DNA of 64,000 nucleotides. It comes from an uncultured bacterium (GTDB taxonomy: Bacteria > Babelota > Babeliae > Babelales > Babelaceae). This document shows, one piece after another, positions 61,780 to 64,000 of this stretch. Position 1 is the first letter of the stretch; the number at the start of each line of letters is the position of its first letter. The notes beneath the pieces are model-generated. The model ran no database searches and was not told the DNA's origin. It saw only the letters and a list, made by a program, of their open reading frames with translations. The position numbers and the translations under genes are program-made. The stretch spans positions 12,218 through 76,217 of the forward strand of contig CAVQCM010000002.1 in the NCBI GenBank assembly GCA_963711045.1. The letters run 5' to 3'.

Positions 61780-63636
61780 ATGAAAAAATATATGCTATTA
61801 GCAAGTATGGTTGTAGTTTCTGTACGAGCTTATGAAGGCACGGTTATTCCCTGCATGAGAAATGGAGTGTGTGGTGCATGCCAAACGAGTTCCTGTAGCA
61901 CGTGTGTTAAACTTGGTTCTCAGCAAGGGTATGTTGCAGAAGAAAACGAAGGCCCCTGTAGCCGGTGTAGAGATACCAGCCGATTTTGTGCCGGTGCTGC
62001 TCATGAACTTGAACGAGGTCCTTGCCCTCGCACGTTGTTTATTCCTCGCTCACAAGGTACTGATACTGCGCGAGAGTTGGTAGGGTGGGAAGAATTCATT
62101 CATCAATTTGATGTAGGTGATTACTATCTTACCACTGGCCATGTACTCGGGTACTATCGCTCATTTAGACCAGAGCGTTTAGCACAACAGCTCTTTGGTG
62201 ATACCATACTGCGCTTTGCCGGAAGTCAAGTTGCTGATCGAAGGCCATGTGAACTGATCGCGGATAACTTTGGCCTTTCGCCAGAATTTAGAGGATCACT
62301 CACCATTAACCCTCTTATTGAAAATATCGTACTTGATAATCAGTTTTTTCTTGGGCTTGATCCTCTTGCTTGTGGGCTTTATCTACGATTTCATCTGCCA
62401 CTTGTTCATACACGATGGGATCTCAGATTATGTCCAATAATTGAAGAGAAAGGATCTAAGACATTTCCTGAGTGTTATATGGCGGAAGATCAAACAGCAA
62501 CAATGCGGAGTTTGTTACGCGCCATATCTGGCGATACTGTCTTTGGTGATCAACATGAGCCGTGGGACTATGGACGAATACTCGATGGCCCTCAGACAAA
62601 AACGGGATTAGCAGATATCGACGTAATTGTTGGGTATGACGTTAGTCAATCAGATACCCACCATGCAGGGTTCTATGGGCAGTTAGTATTACCTACTGGT
62701 AATCGATACAATCCTTGCTCGGTTTTTTATCCAATGGTTGGTAATGCACGACATGTAGAATTAGGAGGTGGGTTTAGTGCTCATATTGTCCTGTATGAAT
62801 ATACCGCTGAGAATAATCTTTCATTCTGGATTGAAGGCAATGCTGTACATATGTTTAAAAATACCCAAATGCGTTCATTTGATTTTTGCGAAAATGGGTT
62901 GCTGAGTCGCTATATGCTGCTCAAAGAACTCAATCGAGTTGATGGTAACTTAGTCTATTCAGGTAATCTGAGTAATGCTATTAACTTTGCTACGCGCCCA
63001 GCAGAGGTATCTATTGCTGTGAAGGGTGATGTTTCTGCTAAATTCGCGCTTCGTACGCCTCGTATAATCGCAGATCTTGGCTATAATTTCTACGGAAGAA
63101 CAAAAGAGACTCTCTGCCTGCGTGATACTACTGATGAGAAGATCTATGCCTTTAAAGGAACTGAAGGAGTATGTGGATTAGAATATGCAACGGTAGGGCA
63201 ACAACCGCCGATCGAATTTGGTCCCTTAGTAAGGAAAATACCATTAAACTCTTCACAACATTGCGCTACTATAAGAACAGCAGCCCTACCTGATAATCCA
63301 CAGGAACCCGAAAAAGTTAATCCATCAGATATTATAGTTACCGCCTTTAGCGTTCAAGAAGGGCCAATTGAGGCTCCAGGAGTTATGCCTGCCTTTGAGT
63401 CAGCACCCCCTGTAGTGGTAACAACTGATGACCTATGCTTACCATCAGGAACCTTGCCAGCGCAAGCAACGCATAAGGTGTTTGGGTATCTTGGCTATAA
63501 TTTCTATGATGTTGACTGGTGTTATAATCCATATCTTGGGATTGGTGGAGAGGCGGAATTTGACGCCCGATCACTCTCAGTAAGAAGTGCGCTCAATCAA
63601 TGGTCTGTATTCATAAAAGGTGGTTTTGAGTTTTAA
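61780..63636 (+). CDS. putative outer-membrane beta-barrel protein with Cys-rich N-terminal region
   Basis: 618 aa. GAAGGA Shine-Dalgarno sequence and signal peptide. 10 Cys in the first ~80 mature residues. C-terminus ...IKGGFEF ends in Phe, as in OMP beta-signals. Confidence 0.55.
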   Translation: MKKYMLLASMVVVSVRAYEGTVIPCMRNGVCGACQTSSCSTCVKLGSQQGYVAEENEGPCSRCRDTSRFCAGAAHELERGPCPRTLFIPRSQGTDTARELVGWEEFIHQFDVGDYYLTTGHVLGYYRSFRPERLAQQLFGDTILRFAGSQVADRRPCELIADNFGLSPEFRGSLTINPLIENIVLDNQFFLGLDPLACGLYLRFHLPLVHTRWDLRLCPIIEEKGSKTFPECYMAEDQTATMRSLLRAISGDTVFGDQHEPWDYGRILDGPQTKTGLADIDVIVGYDVSQSDTHHAGFYGQLVLPTGNRYNPCSVFYPMVGNARHVELGGGFSAHIVLYEYTAENNLSFWIEGNAVHMFKNTQMRSFDFCENGLLSRYMLLKELNRVDGNLVYSGNLSNAINFATRPAEVSIAVKGDVSAKFALRTPRIIADLGYNFYGRTKETLCLRDTTDEKIYAFKGTEGVCGLEYATVGQQPPIEFGPLVRKIPLNSSQHCATIRTAALPDNPQEPEKVNPSDIIVTAFSVQEGPIEAPGVMPAFESAPPVVVTTDDLCLPSGTLPAQATHKVFGYLGYNFYDVDWCYNPYLGIGGEAEFDARSLSVRSALNQWSVFIKGGFEF

Positions 63637-64000
63637 AAGCTTACGGATGCCTTACCAAATACACCCCAGTTTTCTAAGGTTGAGGTATGTTCATTAGTAC
63701 CGGCAATTTCATAACGAGCTGCAAGGGCAAAACTAAAGGGATAATCGCACCATATGCTATTGTACGTAATAACACCTGAGAAGGTGTGAGAAAGGGCTTC
63801 TCGTGCTGCTGCAGGACATTCATTCACTACTTCGCTCGTAAGCACTACAAATGAGGGATCAGGAGTGCCAACCCCAAAAGGATCTGAAATGCGGGCAGTG
63901 CTATGTGATGTTCTTCCAGAGCAACGGGTATTATCAAAGATACCATGTTCTTCAAAATTAAAGCCACAGGGACGTACTATCTCTTCATCTCGCCAGAAGA
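63633..64000 (-). CDS. 3' part of a paralogous putative outer-membrane protein (5' end outside window)
   Basis: The minus-strand frame is open from the window edge (FWRDEEIVRPCGFNFEEHG...) to ...ENWGVFGKASVSF*. The C-terminal ~40 aa aligns with the 61780 product (WC.YP......EI/F......L.(Q/N)W.VF.K....F). Confidence 0.5.
   Translation of the reverse strand, partial: FWRDEEIVRPCGFNFEEHGIFDNTRCSGRTSHSTARISDPFGVGTPDPSFVVLTSEVVNECPAAAREALSHTFSGVITYNSIWCDYPFSFALAARYEIAGTNEHTSTLENWGVFGKASVSF

Overview
The window is a gene-dense, AT-rich bacterial chromosome segment. I did not compute base composition. I found no CRISPR array, rRNA operon, intact transposase or prophage.

Housekeeping genes form the backbone:
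- trxB, tig, frr-pyrH-tsf, rplU, trkAH and lon
- rpsB, dnaX-der-hpf, dsbD and tolQRAB
- ftsH, rpmB-rpsT, mrdA (PBP2), nth and an ABC exporter
- three tRNAs that all encode their 3' CCA: Leu-UAG, Ser-GGA and Ala-GGC
- a small 4.5S-type SRP RNA

Between these lie genes typical of a host-dependent or intracellular lifestyle:
- two tandem TLC/NTT-type nucleotide transporters
- a signal-peptide ankyrin-repeat protein
- a double RING-finger membrane protein
- a mini F-box-like ORF
- a delta-60-repeat/Ig-like giant surface protein
- several secreted proteins of unknown function

Together these suggest an amoeba- or protist-associated lineage such as Dependentiae/TM6. That is inference only.

The strongest candidate for something undescribed is at 50.2-56.0 kb. 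Two tandem paralogous ~900-aa proteins combine about 7 TM segments, a GAF-like domain, a PAS-like domain, a degenerate sigma-54-activator AAA+ module and a Fis-type HTH. The AAA+ module has lost Walker A, the Walker B acidic pair and GAFTGA. The two genes flank an unannotated 51-codon secreted-peptide gene, and the downstream paralog sits 7 nt from mrdA.

The second region of note is a plasticity zone at about 30-39.9 kb:
- a 1.92-kb segmental duplication gives two intact CCA-adding enzymes and a truncated DUF4097 gene
- the duplication junction is chimeric with the 3' end of another gene
- there are several pseudogenes and an orphan terminator
- there is an orphan AbrB-like gene
- there is a perfect 21-bp palindrome
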